The notes: a model not told the origin generated them from the letters alone. A stretch of 33,861 nucleotides of DNA from Chiloscyllium plagiosum (GCF_004010195.1 NW_025213514.1:1-33861); one strand, 5' to 3'; positions 22,208 to 33,861 are shown, counted from the first letter of the stretch. Numbers and translations are program-made.

Positions 22208-24060
22208 CGTAGAATCCATACAGTATGGAAGCAGGCCATTTGGCCCATTGAGTCCACATCGACATTGTGAAGACCATAAGGCATAGGAGTGGAAGTAAGG
22301 CCATTCAGCCCATCGAGTCATTCAATCGTGGCTGATGGGCATTTCAGCGCCACTTAACCGCACTCTCCTGTATCCTTTAATTCCTTGTGAGATTAAGAGT
22401 TGATCAATCTCTGCAGATAAGACATTTCATGTCCCAGCCTCCACTGCGCTCCATGGCAATGAGTTCCACAGGCCCACCACTCTCTGGCTGGAAGAAATGT
22501 CTCCTCATTTATGTTTTAAATTGACCCCCTCTAATTCTAAGGCTGTGTCCATGGATCCTAGTATTCCCGCTTGACTGAAACAAATTCCCGGCATCCACCC
22601 TTTCTAAGCCATGCATTATCTTCTAAGTTTCTATTAGATCTCCCCTCAACCTTCTAAACTCTAATGAATACAATCCCAGGATCCTCAGCCATTCATCTTA
22701 TGTTAGGCCTACCATTCCAGTGATCATCTGTGTGAATCTCCGCTGGACACGCTCCATTGCCACTATGTCCTTCCTGAGGTGTGGGGCCCAAAACTGGTCA
22801 CAGTACTCCAAATGGGGCCTAACCAGAGCTTTATAAAGTCTCAGTAGCACATCGCTGCTTTTACATTTCAGCCCTCTTGAGATAAATGGCAACATTACAT
22901 TTGCTTTCTTAACCACAGACTCAACCTTCAAGTCATCCTTTACAGGATTCTGGACTAGCATTCCCAGATCCCTTTGTACATTGGCTTAAGAATTTTCTCA
23001 CTGTTTAGAAAATAGTCCGTCCCTGTATTTTTTTTTCTGATGTGCAAGACCTCGCATTTGCTCACATTGAATTTCATCAGCCATTTCTTGGACCACTCTC
23101 CTAAACTGTCTAAATCTTTCTGCAGCCTCCCCACCTCCTCAGAACTACCTGCTGTCCGCCTAACTTCGTATCATCGTCAAACTTTGCCAGAATGTCCAGA
23201 GTCCCTTCATCCAGATCATTAATATATAAAGTGAACAGCTGCGGCCCCAACACTGAACCCTGCGGGGCACCAGTTATCACTAGTTGCTATTCCGAAAAAG
23301 AACCTTTTATCCCAACTCTCTGCCTTCTGTCGTTCAGCCAAACATCAATCCATGCCAGTAGCTCACTTCGAACACCATGAGCCCCTGACCTTACTCAACC
23401 TCCCGTGAGGCACCTTATCAAAGGCCTTTTGGAAGTCTTGGTAGATAAAATCCACTGGGCTTCCCTGGTCTAACCTACTTGTTACCTCTTCAAAGAATTC
23501 TAACAGGTTTGTCAGGCACAACATCCCCTTACTAAATCCATGCTGATTTGTTCTAATCCAACCCTGCAATTCCAAGAATTTGGAAATCTCATCCTTAATG
23601 GTGGATTCTAGAATTTTACTTACAACCGAGGTTAGGCTAATTGGCCAATAATTTTCCATCTTTTGTCTCGATCCTTTCTTGAACAAGGGGTTACAACAGC
23701 GATTTTCCAATCATCTGGTACTTTCCCTGACTCCAGTGATTTTTGAAAGATTACAGCCAATGCCTCCACTATTTCTTCAGCCACCTCCCTCAGAAGTCTA
23801 GGATGTAGCCAGGAGGTTTATCAATTTTCAGACATTTTAGCTTTTCTCGTACTTTGTCTTTTGTGATGGCTACCGTACTCAACTCTGCTTCTTGACTCTC
23901 CTTAATTGTTGGGATATTACTCATGTTTTCCACAGTGAAGACTGACACGAAGTATTTATTAAGTTCTTCAGCTGTTTCCTTATCTCCCATCACTAGCCTT
24001 CCTGCATCAATTTGGATCGGCCCAATTTCTACTTTTGTCTCTCGTTTGTTTCTTACTTAC
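22208..24060 (-). mobile_element. CR1 subfamily D, RT and 3' UTR (with a short tail fragment at 22208-22268)
   Basis: ORFs 23790-23993, 23363-23710 (PLFKKG, PISLTS, QHGF, DFQKAFDKVPHGRL) and 22698-22961 (LYKALVRPHLEYC.QFWAP). Confidence 0.92.
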
Positions 24061-24074
24061 TGAACATTCTACCC

Positions 24075-24290
24075 AGATACCACCCCCAACCCTATCCCTC
24101 TAACCCTGCATTTTCTATGGCTAATCCACTGAGCTTGTACATCTTTGGACTGTAAGAGGAAATCTGAGTATCCAGAGAAAACCTATGCAGAAATGGGGAG
24201 GATATGCAAACTCCACACACAGTTGCCCAAGCGTGGAATTAAACCCAAGTCCTTGGTGCTATGAGGCAGCAGTGCTAATCACTGAGCCCC
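24075..24290 (-). mobile_element. V-SINE (HE1-like)
   Basis: Minus strand has A box GGCTCAGTGATTAG and B-box-like GGTTTAATTCC; its V domain matches 3000-3120. Confidence 0.8.
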
Positions 24291-24294
24291 TATT

Positions 24295-25232
24295 ATTGTT
24301 TACTTGGACTTTCAAAGTGCTTTAGATAAGTACCAAACCAAGCTTCTGCAAGCCACAGCTTCTGATATTGTATTATCAGAATATTTTGAACTGGGTTGAG
24401 GATTGCCTTGACCACATTGGCATAAGGCCATTGTAGATGGATTTAAATCTGTTTAACTATATTAGCATTCATGTCCTGCAAGGTTAAATGGGACCCCTGC
24501 CCTTCAATTTCATTGATCTACATGTGGGTCTCTATTTGCATTTTTGGAGGTAATTTTAAGGCATGCGTTGGTTTTATGCCTGTGGACAATGTTCCTCTAC
24601 TTCAAGTGAATTTTGATATGTGAGGAGATTGAACAGGTGACTCTCAAATGACGTTTAAATCATTGTGCATATATGTGTGTTTATGTATACCCATCAGGAT
24701 TCATGAATGAAATTATAACTAAAGCAAGTGAGGTGTTGAAAATAGTCCGTCCCTGTATTCTTTCTTTCTGATGTGCAAGACCTCACTTTTGCTCACATTG
24801 AATTTCATTAGCCATTTCTTGGACCACTCTCCTAAACTGAATTTGACCAGACCTCACTTTGAATATGATGTCCAGTTTTGGTTATCTCAAGTTTGGTGAC
24901 TTTGGGCAGGATACAGCAGAGAGCAATCATGCTAATTTTGAGCATGAGGCATCTCCATTATCAAGATAACTCCAATAAATCAAGACCCTGCATTTGTGAG
25001 ATGCATAGATTTCAAAATGGTCTGATTTGAGGTTTATAAGATCATGAAGAGGATATGTTTTGTTCCAGTTCAGTTTGTTCAAGTTAAGGAAGGACCAGAT
25101 GTTGCAACTTTGTTATATAAGACCACATCTAGTTTAGGTGTCAGGAGGTGGTTTATTTCATGGAATCTTGGATTCTCTGCAATACTAGTTTGTGGTAGGT
25201 GTCAACTGACTGAATTCTTCTGACTGGACTTG
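24295..25232 (+). mobile_element. Very old CR1/L2-like RT to 3' fragment
   Basis: Remnants VYLDFQSALDK, RPHFEYDVQFW and LI*GL*DHE (LIEVYKIM-like). Confidence 0.6.
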
Positions 25233-25246
25233 GATGATTTCTTGTT

Positions 25247-25451
25247 GTATGTGTAGTGCTGGGAAAGCACAGTAGATCAGGCAGCATCCAAGGAGCAGGA
25301 GAATCAATGTTTCGGGCAGAAGCCCTTCATCAGGAATGCCCGAAACGTCGATTCTCCTGCTCCTCGGATGCTGCCTGACCCGCTGTGCTTTTCCAGCACC
25401 ACACTCTTGACTCTGATCTCAAGTATCTGCAGTCCTCACTTTTTCTCTTCA
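25247..25451. mobile_element. Fold-back Penelope-terminus insertion with 14-bp TSD
   Basis: Inverted arms at 25251-25318 and 25337-25404; GATGATTTCTTGTT direct repeat at 25233-25246 and 25452-25465. Confidence 0.85.
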
Positions 25452-25739
25452 GATGATTTCTTGTTTGGTTGGAAATAATTGTTTGCAGAATGTAAGTACT
25501 ACAACAAATTTGGACAAGGGTGATCTCTTTAACTTGTTTTGATTACTCTGATTGGAAAAGGGGTATTTTCCCCTTACTTGACCTGGAGTTTTAAAATTTG
25601 TTCTGCATTTCTCTGGAGATCAATTGGATTTTGGATGGAGTAGAATGTATTTTCATAAAGAGACAGAAGAGTATTCGTTATATGTGTTAACATTAGACTA
25701 ATTTGAGGCGACATAGAACAAACTTCAAGGAAAAGGCCA

Positions 25740-25870
25740 ATGAAAAGCAAACATTATGGAGGCTGGCAATCTGAAATGGAAACAAGATACATTGAAAATA
25801 CTCAGTAGGTAAGGCAGCATCTGTGGAGGGAAATGAGTTCAAGTTTCAGATCAGTGATCTTTCACCAGAA
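25740..25870 (-). mobile_element. Second-family Penelope-terminus-like repeat with hammerhead-like motif
   Basis: Minus strand reads CTGGTGA-A-AGATC-ACT-GATCT-GAAAC-TT at 25868-25841. Confidence 0.6.
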
Positions 25871-26024
25871 GAGAAACAAGTTATCTGATACAATGGAGCT
25901 ATGCTCGTGTTTGTACTCCACATGAATCTTCTTCACACCCTACTTTATCTCACCATATCATGATAAATTTCTGTTATTTTTTGCCTCCTATTGAGCTCGC
26001 TCTTACTTAAGTACATCTGTATAT

Positions 26025-26533
26025 ACTCCCTGATATAGGAAGGATGTTGTGAAACTTGAAAGGGTTTACGAGGGTGTTGCCAGGATTAGAGGGCTCGAAT
26101 GAAGGGGGGAGGCTGAATAGGGTGGGGCTATTTTCCCTTGAGTGTCAGAGGCTGAGGGGTGATCTTATGAGATTTATAAAATCATGAGGGGCATGGACAG
26201 GGTAGATCGATAAGGTCTTTTCCCTGAGGTGGGGAGCCCAAAAAGGGAGGGCATAGATTTAAGGTGAGAGGGGAAAGATTTAAAATGAACTGAAAGGGCA
26301 ACTTTTTCGCGCAGAGGGTAGTCCATGTATGGAATGAGCTGCCAGAGGAAGTGCTGGAGGCTAGTGCAATTTACAACAATTAAAAGACATCTGGATGGAT
26401 ATATGAAAAGGAAGGATTTAGAGAGATATGGGCTAAATGCTCACAAGTGGGACTAGATTTATTTGGCTGTCTGGTCAGCATGGACGAGTTGGACCGAAAG
26501 GTCTGTTTTCATGCTGTATATCTCTATGACTCT
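26025..26533 (+). mobile_element. CR1 subfamily A 3' end
   Basis: YRKDVVKLERV, LFSLE, FFAQRVV..WNELPEEV; tail TCTCTATGACTCT; matches 1770-2245. Confidence 0.9.
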
Positions 26534-26774
26534 TAGTTCCACATTCTGAATGAACAAATTTCTTGAGAATTCTTCAATGGATTAATTAGCAGCTATCCTT
26601 TCTGTGACCCTTTGCTTTGGATTTAAAACCTCCAACTGCTAAACTAAATGATATTTGTGTTCTAAAATTCAGACCATTGAATGACAATGGAAATAACTAC
26701 TTTGCCTTGTTTATCAACATTGCCCTCAAATTTGCTCAGCACAGGAGATAGTGTGATTAGAAAGGGTTGTAATG

Positions 26775-26954
26775 TGTATTTCGTTAACATGAATTTGTTA
26801 TAACACGATTGTTGAATTGGGGATTGTTTATAAAACACAAAGTTTTACAGTGTGTATTGGTTATAACATGATTCCGGCCTGATTAGTTTAAATGGTGCTG
26901 CTATTACAGGATTGCATGGGAATGGAACTACACATTTTAGTAGAACTGACTGTA
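26775..26954. mobile_element. Possible pogo/Tigger-like DNA transposon end
   Basis: Ends GAACTGACTG-TA (TA+CAGT terminus on minus) with repeated subterminal GTTATAACA(C/T)GATT motifs. No matching left TIR seen. Confidence 0.35.
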
Positions 26955-27339
26955 AACAAATTCATAAGAGACTGGGGATGACTTTTTTTAAGTCAATAAA
27001 ACATTCACTCCATTAGCCTATGGAGTTTTCAGAATTTTTCGGAACTATCTTGCTTTTCATTTGTGTTTGTATTTCATTACTATGTGGTTTGCTTTGGAGA
27101 ATAGTTTAGCCAGATCTGGATTATTTGAATACTGTAGGGTTTCACTATCTTTTACTAAAGCAGGCAATCATCACAAGATCATGCATACATAATCCCCCAC
27201 TTCTTATTTTTGCGAACAATCTGTGCCATAAACCATTATGTCCACTTCCCTCCATGATGTGCAGCAATATTTGGATATCTTAACTGTTAAGACTGCGATG
27301 ATCCATTTTACCTTTTTGATATGTACTAATGCTGTTGAG

Positions 27340-27812
27340 TTGGATTTAAACTAGATTAGCAGGGGATCCTGACAAGTAGTTCAGAACGGAGAGAAGCTGA
27401 GTTAGAATTAGAGTCTGGAAGACAGAGGAAATAAATATAGGTTGGCTAAGGAAGAAATGAGTTTAGCAAGGCTAAATGGAATGTATTTTAATGTAAGGAG
27501 TCTGAGCAATCAGGTAGATGAACTGAGGGCACAGATAGGCTTGTGGGAATATGATGTTGTTACATTCGAGATTTGACTCAACGATGGACAGGGTTGGCAA
27601 CTCAGCATTCCTGGTTAATAGGGTATTCAGACAAGATAAAGAAGGGAATAGAAGGGGAGTTGCTGAAGGAATCAATTAAAGTAGTGAAGAGGGATGATAT
27701 TTTGGAAGGATCATGAAATGAAACCTTATGGGTAGAGGTGAAAAAAAAACCTCAGTGGCAAAACAAACACACTATTGGGTGTGTAGTGTAGGGGTCAATC
27801 AAGGAGCATCAG
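27340..27812 (+). mobile_element. Old CR1, end of ORF1 and start of endonuclease
   Basis: MYFNVRSLSNQVDELRAQIGLWEYDVV, DGQGWQLSIPG and LWVEV; continues at ~29095. Confidence 0.8.
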
Positions 27813-28548
27813 ACATAGTGATAGAGTTGTACAGCATGGTAAAAGACCCTTCGTTCCAACTCGTCTATGCTGACCAGATATCTTAAATTCATCTAGTCCC
27901 CTTTCCCAGCATTTGTACCCACCCAGATGCCTTTTAAATGCTGGAATTGCACTAGCCTCCTCCACTTCCTTTGGCAGTTCATTCCATACACGCACCACCT
28001 TCTATGTGTGGAAAAAATTGCCCCTTGGGACCCCTTTATATCTTTCCCCTCTCACTTTAAACCTATGCCCTGGGAAAAATAATTTTTCTACTTAGCCTAT
28101 CCATGCCCCTTATGATTTTATAAACCCATATTCGGTCATCCATAAGTCTCCAAGCTGCAGGAAAAATAGCCCAAGCCTATTCAGCCACTCTCTATAGCTC
28201 AAATCCTCCAATCCTGGAAAAATCTTTGTAAACCTTTACTGCACTCTTTCAAGCGTAACAACATTTTTCCTATAGCAGGGAGAGCAGAATTGAATGCACT
28301 CTTCCAAAAGTGGCCTAACCAATGTTCTGTATAGCTACATGACATCCCAACTTGTATAAAGGCAAGTATACTACCCTTTTACTATTCTGCGTATCTGTGA
28401 CTCCACCTTCAAGGAACTATGAACCTGTACCCCAAGTCGTTTCTCCCAGCATCCTGCCATTAACTGTCGTAAGTCCTGCCCTGATTTGGCACACCACAAT
28501 GCAGCAACTCACATTTATGTAAGTTAAATTCCCATCTGCCACTCAGCC
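27813..28548 (-). mobile_element. CR1 subfamily A 3' portion
   Basis: Reverse complement of 1460-2245 and 26025-26533; WNELPKEV in ORF 27795-27998. Confidence 0.88.
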
Positions 28549-28554
28549 TGAGCA

Positions 28555-29082
28555 TGTGTAAAGGGTATAAGCAGGCAGGGAAAGAGTTGAGTTTTGTGAA
28601 ACAGAAAGTTCAGCTGAGTATGACTCAGATCACATAAGGACTTAGACTTAACAATGGGGTGCTGGAGGAAAGGAGGGTTAACAAGGTGGAAAAGCATTCA
28701 TTATGTAGAGCCATTTAACAATCTTGGAAGTATTCAGTATGTAAGGTCAGTTTAACAAGGTGAAAAATATTCATTGTGAAGCCATTTAAGGTTCGGAACA
28801 ATCATTGTTTAACAGCAGATGGCTTAATCTTTACAATCAGCGAGTGTCAATAGTAACGGTCGCCCAGTCAATATGCATGCTGCCTTATGTGGATGCTCCT
28901 CCTTGTAAGTGACTATATAATTCATTAAGAAACTCCTTTTCGAGAGACAAGACCAGGAACTCATGTCCCTGCGCACTTTGGCGAACCTTCTCTCTCCCTC
29001 CAGGGCCGAGAATAAAGATGGAGGTAAAACTACTGTGTATCTGGCGTTTCGCTTCAACTGAGCAGGAGAAAACGGGATGACA
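28555..29082 (+). mobile_element. Probable solo LTR
   Basis: AP-1 TGACTCA at 28621; ~40-bp direct repeats at 28678-28718 and 28752-28789; TATATAA at 28914; AATAAA at 29011; CA end at 29081-29082. It interrupts an old CR1. No TSD found. Confidence 0.55.
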
Positions 29083-29094
29083 ATAAGCTAATCT

Positions 29095-29720
29095 GATCAA
29101 ATTTCAGAGATGAGTAAGAATAATACAGGAATAGGAGGAGATTTTCTCATACCCACATATTAATGGGATAGTTTTAGTGCTCACAGTTGAGAGAGAGCAA
29201 AATTCTTAAATTTCATCCAAGGAAATGCTTTTAATCAGTACTTGGAAAGCTTCATAAGAACTGTTCTGGACCTCATTTCAAGTAAGGTAACATTTTGGAG
29301 ACAGTGACCATAATTCCACTTTGATTTGGATAGTTATGGAAAGGATAAGGATTGGTTGGAATAGAAGTTCTTAACTGAACGTGAGCTAGTTTTAGAAAGA
29401 AAATCTGTTTTGACCCAAGTGACCAGGAGAAGTTACTTGCAGATAAAACTGTCAGAACCGTGGGAGACATTCAAGGAGGAATTAGTGAGACTACCAGGGA
29501 AATAGACTTTGCAGAAACATAAGGGTCTGTCCAAATTTAGGGAATCCTGGATGTCAAGGGCATAAAAATTAGGATTGAGAAGGCGAGGTATATAATGAGC
29601 GTAGGGGCAGTTTTAAAATTAGGAAAGCAGAATGAATACACAAGAAAGCATTGGCAGGTAGAATAAAGGAAAACCCAAAGTATTTGTTCAAATATATAAA
29701 GAGTAAGAGAATAACTTAAG
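29095..29720 (+). mobile_element. Old CR1 endonuclease/tether continuation
   Basis: GGDF, VLDLI, GDSDHNS, WETFKEELVR and LAGRIKENPKYLFKYIKSKRI. Confidence 0.8.
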
Positions 29721-29729
29721 GGCTTATCA

Positions 29730-30455
29730 GAAACTCAGTTGGACTCGTCACATAAACACCGTGGCTCCAAGAACAGGTGAGAGGCTAGGAATACTGCATT
29801 GAGTGATTCACTTCTTGACTTCCCAAAGCAGTCTTTTCAAATACAAGGCACAAGTCCAGAGTGTGGCGGAATACTTCCCACTTGCCAAGATGGGTGTAGC
29901 TTAACAACACTCAAGCTTGAATAAAAATGCAAATTGCTGCTAAATCTCAGCGCATCTGGCAGGTCTATGGAGAGCAATCAGAGTTTATATTTTGGGTCCA
30001 GTGACCCCCCTTTAAACCCTTCCTGAAGAAGCTTAACACCACTCAGGACAAAGCAGCCCATTTGCTTGCTCCACCTCCACAAAAGTCAACTCTGTCCACC
30101 ACTGAAGTTCAGAAGCAGCAGTGTGTGCCTTGTAGAAATTGACTCAAGCTTCTTAGACAACATCTTCCAAACCCATGACACTTCTGTCTCGAAGGACAAG
30201 GGCAAGAGAGAGATGCATATTTCCCTTTAAGCCAATCACCATCCTAACTTGGAAATATATTGCCATATCTTTACTGTCACTGATTCAAAGTCCTGGAGTT
30301 CCCATTCTGTTGGCAATGTGGGTCTATTTACAGCATGTGGACTGCAGTGGCTCAAGAAGGCAATCACTACCACGTTATCCAGTGCAACTAGGGAAGGGCG
30401 GTAAATGTTGGCCAGCCAGCAATGGCCACGTCCCACAAATGAATGAAAAGGGAAT
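29730..30455 (+). mobile_element. LINE family E 3' portion, containing a short Penelope-terminus-like insert at ~29920-30030
   Basis: YKAQVQSVAEYFPLA and TTQDKAAHL remnants; tail shared with 10345-10462. The insert has a GGGTC/GACCC hairpin at 29994-30007. Confidence 0.65.
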
Positions 30456-30880
30456 CTGATTGTTTTCTGTGTTGACCCGAAAGACATGTATTGTGATATC
30501 CATGAATAATTCGTTGGTCTTCACAATGAAAAAGGATGATGCAGGTATTGATGTCAGGTTGAAAGACTGTGAAATATTAGAGCACATCCCCAGAGACAGA
30601 GATGAAGAATTTGGGGGTTTCCGCAACCTTAAAAGTGGAATCTGCATGTCTGATTGAGATGTATCCTTGGCTGTTGGAGGCGGCTTGGGTGGCGATAGTA
30701 CGGATGCTGCAGTAACTTCCAAATTCTCTCTGGCTCCACCTGAGGAATCGGAGGACTGCTGATGTTATTCCATTGTTACAAAAAGAATTAAGGGAAAGCC
30801 AGGAATTAAAAGCCAATCAGTGTAATTTTGATGGAAGGAAAATATTTGAAAGAATATCTGAGGAGTGGAATGTATTTAAA
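30456..30880 (+). mobile_element. Old CR1 continuation (pre-RT and RT start)
   Basis: SLVFTMKKDD, *MYPWLL, DC*CYSIV (EDWR.ADVIPL-like) and KPISV. Confidence 0.6.
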
Positions 30881-30881
30881 A

Positions 30882-32185
30882 TAGAACATAGAACATAGAA
30901 GAATACAGCGCAGTAGAGGCCCTTTGGCCCTCGACGTTGCGCCGATCCAAGCCCACCTAACCTACACGAGCCCACTATCCTCCATATGCCTATCCAATGC
31001 CCGCTTAAATGCCCATAAAGAGGGAGAGTCCACCACTGCTACTGGCAGGGCATTCCATGAACTCACGACTCGCTGAGTAAAGAACCTACCCCTAACATCT
31101 GTCCTATACCTACCACCCCTTAATTTATAGCTATGCCCCCTTGTAATAGCTGACTCCATACGTGGAAAAAGGTTCTCACGGTCAAACCTATCTAAACCCC
31201 TCATCATCTTGTACACCTCTATCAAGTCACCCCTAAACCTTCTTTTCTCCAATGAAAACAGCCCCAAGTGCCTCAGCCTTTCCTCATACGATCTTCCTAT
31301 TATACCGGGCAACATCCTGGTAAACCTCCTCTGCACCCGTTCCAGTGCCTCCACATCCTTCCTATAGTATGGCGACCAAAACTGCACACAATACTCCAGA
31401 TGCGGCCGCACCAGAGTCTTATACAACTGCAACATGAAATACTGCACTCTAGAACATAGAAATATACAGCGCAGTACAGGCCCTTTGGCCCTCGATGTTG
31501 CGCTGATCCAAGCCCACCTAACCTACACTAGCCCACTTTCCTCCATATGCCTATCCAATGCCCGCTTAAATGCCCATAATGAGGGAGAGTCCACCACTGC
31601 TACTGGCAGGGCATTCCATGAACTCACGACTCGCTGAGTAAAGAACCTACCCCGAACATCTGTCCTATACCTACCCCCCTTAATTTAAAGCTATGCCCCC
31701 TTGTAATAGCTGACTCCATACGTTTGAACCTTTGCCATCAACTTCTACCCTCTGTCTTCTTCCAGCCAGCCAATTCCTAATCCAAACCTCCAACTCACCC
31801 TCAATGCCATACCTCCGTATTTTTTGCAGTAGTCTACCATGGGGAACCTTATCAAACGCCTTACTAAAATCCATATACACCACATCTACCGCTTTCCCCT
31901 CGTCCACCTCCTTAGTCACCTTCTCAAAGAATTCAATAAGATTTGTGAGGCACGATCTGCCCTTCACAAAACCATGCTGACTATCCTTGATCACATTATT
32001 CCTATCCAGATGTTCATAAATCCTATCCCTTACAATTCTTTCTAAGACTTTGCCCACAACAGAAGTGAGACTCACCGGCCTATAGTTACTAGGGTTATCC
32101 CTACTCCCCCTTGAACAAGGGAACCACATTTGCTAGCCTCCAGTCTTCTGGCACTACTCCTGTAGACAACGAGGACATAAAAATG
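30882..32185 (-). mobile_element. CR1 subfamily B composite: 3' end (30882-31437), second 3' UTR copy (31450-31722), RT fragment (31723-32185)
   Basis: ORF 30962-31447 (LVRPHLEYCVQFWSP, FFTQRVVSSWNALP). ORF 31680-32129 is nearly identical to the end of ORF 5434-7053. (TTCTATG)n tails. Confidence 0.93.
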
Positions 32186-32470
32186 TCATGGATGAATCAA
32201 GGATAGCATGAATTTGTTATAAAGTTTGACAAATTTGAATTGTTTGATGTAACTAGGTATGTTAAGAAGAATAATGCATTTTAATGTGGTATGTATGGAC
32301 ATTAACAAGGCTTTTGATAAGATCGCTCAAGGCAGACCAGTCAAGAAAGTAAAAGCTCTTCTGGTATTCAAGGCAAATTGAGTGAAATGCAGGAAGCAGA
32401 ATGTGATGGTAAGTATTTCTGTTTCTAATGGATTTTCACGGGGCTCGTTGATGGGGCTCTTAATGTTTGG
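32186..32470 (+). mobile_element. Old CR1 RT continuation
   Basis: NQG*HEF, NVVCMDINKAFDKIAQGRP and GFSRGSLMG remnants. Confidence 0.65.
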
Positions 32471-32479
32471 AGACTGGGA

Positions 32480-33300
32480 GGATAGTGCAGCAAGTCAGCA
32501 TCACTGTAGAGCAGACTGGAGCACCTGACATGTGAGAAGAGCTGGAGTGGTGGGAAACAAAAATTGGAGGCAAAGAGCCCCGTCCACCTGTTTTTAACTG
32601 TCAGAACTGAAGTGTGACATCACTGGACAACAGGTCATTGTTAGGTATTTCTTGCACATCTTTCTTGATGGTTTAAGTGGTTTAAATGAAGAGAAGTTGT
32701 TTTGGCTGAAAAATGCAGTTAAGAAATTGACTTAAAATATTCAGCAGCTAAAGTAATTAAAATAAATATAGATGCTGGGCAGGTGATGAATCGCAGTTGT
32801 AGTATGCGGGGGCTGGTGATGCATGTGCAATACATGGCGATACTATCTTCTGCAAGTGTTGGCTGCTCTGGGAACTTTGGATCAGAGTTGATGAGCTGGA
32901 GTCTGAGCTGCAGATGCTGTGATATGTTGGGGAGGGGGCCAGTTAACAGAACACTGCTCAGTGTCACAACCCCTAGATTGACCATAGACCAATGGTCAGT
33001 GACTAAGGGAAAGTCGTTCTGTTGAGGGGCTATGGGCTAAATTAGAAAGTGGAGCACAAAGATGATCTCTTAATATTTGAGAAATGTGTTACTTGGTATA
33101 AAGTAAAGAACATTAGAAAGGTGAATGCATGGTTGATAGATTGGTGTGAGACAAATAGATTCCAATTCGTGGGGGACTTACAGTAGTTGGCGAAGAGAAC
33201 TGTTCCATTGGGACAGGGTTCATTTGATCCATGCTGGGAGCAGTGTCCTCACAAATCCCACAACTAAAGTTGCAACTATGTCTTTACACTGACAAGTTGT
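32480..33300 (+). mobile_element. Old CR1 5' UTR/ORF1 fragments
   Basis: CKCWLLWELWIRVDELESELQML (Zn-finger plus coiled coil); VNAWLIDWCETNRFQFVG and LFHWDRVHL (esterase end). Confidence 0.7.
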
Positions 33301-33334
33301 GATGTGGTGGGTTTAGTTGAGAAACGTTAGACAG

Positions 33335-33600
33335 TTGAGGGTGGCTTTCCTTGGAGCAGAGAAGGTTGGAAGAGGGTCTGATAAGGATGCAGATAGGGTG
33401 ATTAGGAAGGCACTTTTCCCACCGGTAGAGGGTTCAATAACTAATGGTTATAGATTTAAGGCAATTTGCATAAGGTGAAGAGGAGGTTTGAGGATAAATG
33501 GTTTTCACAAAGGGTTGTAGAAATTTCGAACTCAAAGTCTGAACTTGGACAGTTTTTTTAGATATTCATTTGCAATGTATTGGAGGTGTCTGGGATATGG
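33335..33600 (+). mobile_element. Old CR1 3' fragment
   Basis: FSLEQRRL-like segment, TTTTCACAAAGGGTTGT and GGGATATGG remnants. Confidence 0.55.
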
Positions 33601-33611
33601 TCTTTTGTTTT

Positions 33612-33861
33612 AGTCATTCATGGGAATGACTCGGTCATCATTTATTGCCCATCCCTGATTGTCCAGTGAAGGGTGAACCATATTGCTATAGGTCTGTAAT
33701 CATAGGTAGGCCAGATCTAATAAGAACATTAGTAAACCAGATGAAAAACAACTTTATTGGTTGGCTTTATTGATTGACTTTAAGTTCCACCATCCACCAT
33801 GATCGGGTTTGAACTCGCCCTTCGAGAATTAGTCTGGACCTCTGCATTAGTCACCCAGTAA
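33612..33861 (-). mobile_element. tRNA-derived SINE, same family as 9985-10320
   Basis: Shares TTTATTGCCCATCCC, AACCATATTGC, GTAGGCCA and TTCCACCAT; B-box-like GAGTTCAAACC on minus. Confidence 0.7.

Noticed and set aside
1..33861. CRISPR array, prokaryotic operon or defence system
   Set aside because: No repeat-spacer array and no dense coding; the content is vertebrate interspersed repeats.

Overview
This is eukaryotic, repeat-dominated genomic DNA, most likely from a cartilaginous fish (inferred from V-SINE/HE1-like SINEs and HER1/CR1-type LINEs). Most of the window is nested, mostly decayed CR1-clade LINE fragments from several subfamilies, covering ORF1 esterase, APE endonuclease, RT and 3' microsatellite tails. 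It also holds three kinds of tRNA-derived SINE, a Penelope-like (GIY-YIG) element with several short Penelope-terminus derivatives, a probable solo LTR, a possible pogo/Tigger fragment and a 205-nt assembly gap. The only clear host feature is a CpG-island promoter at ~13.7-14.5 kb, with a putative non-coding exon 1 and a first coding exon on +; I cannot name the gene and found no convincing later exon. Most notable: (i) minimal hammerhead-ribozyme motifs in the Penelope termini, two in ~160-205 bp insertions with 14-16 bp target-site duplications; (ii) a ~36-bp-periodic array of PBX-PREP decamers alternating with GC boxes; (iii) an overlapping uORF whose frame depends on an A9 run; (iv) two ~100-bp locally templated duplications. 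Nothing here establishes a new biological system. Repeat boundaries are by eye and approximate, and subfamily letters are my own labels.
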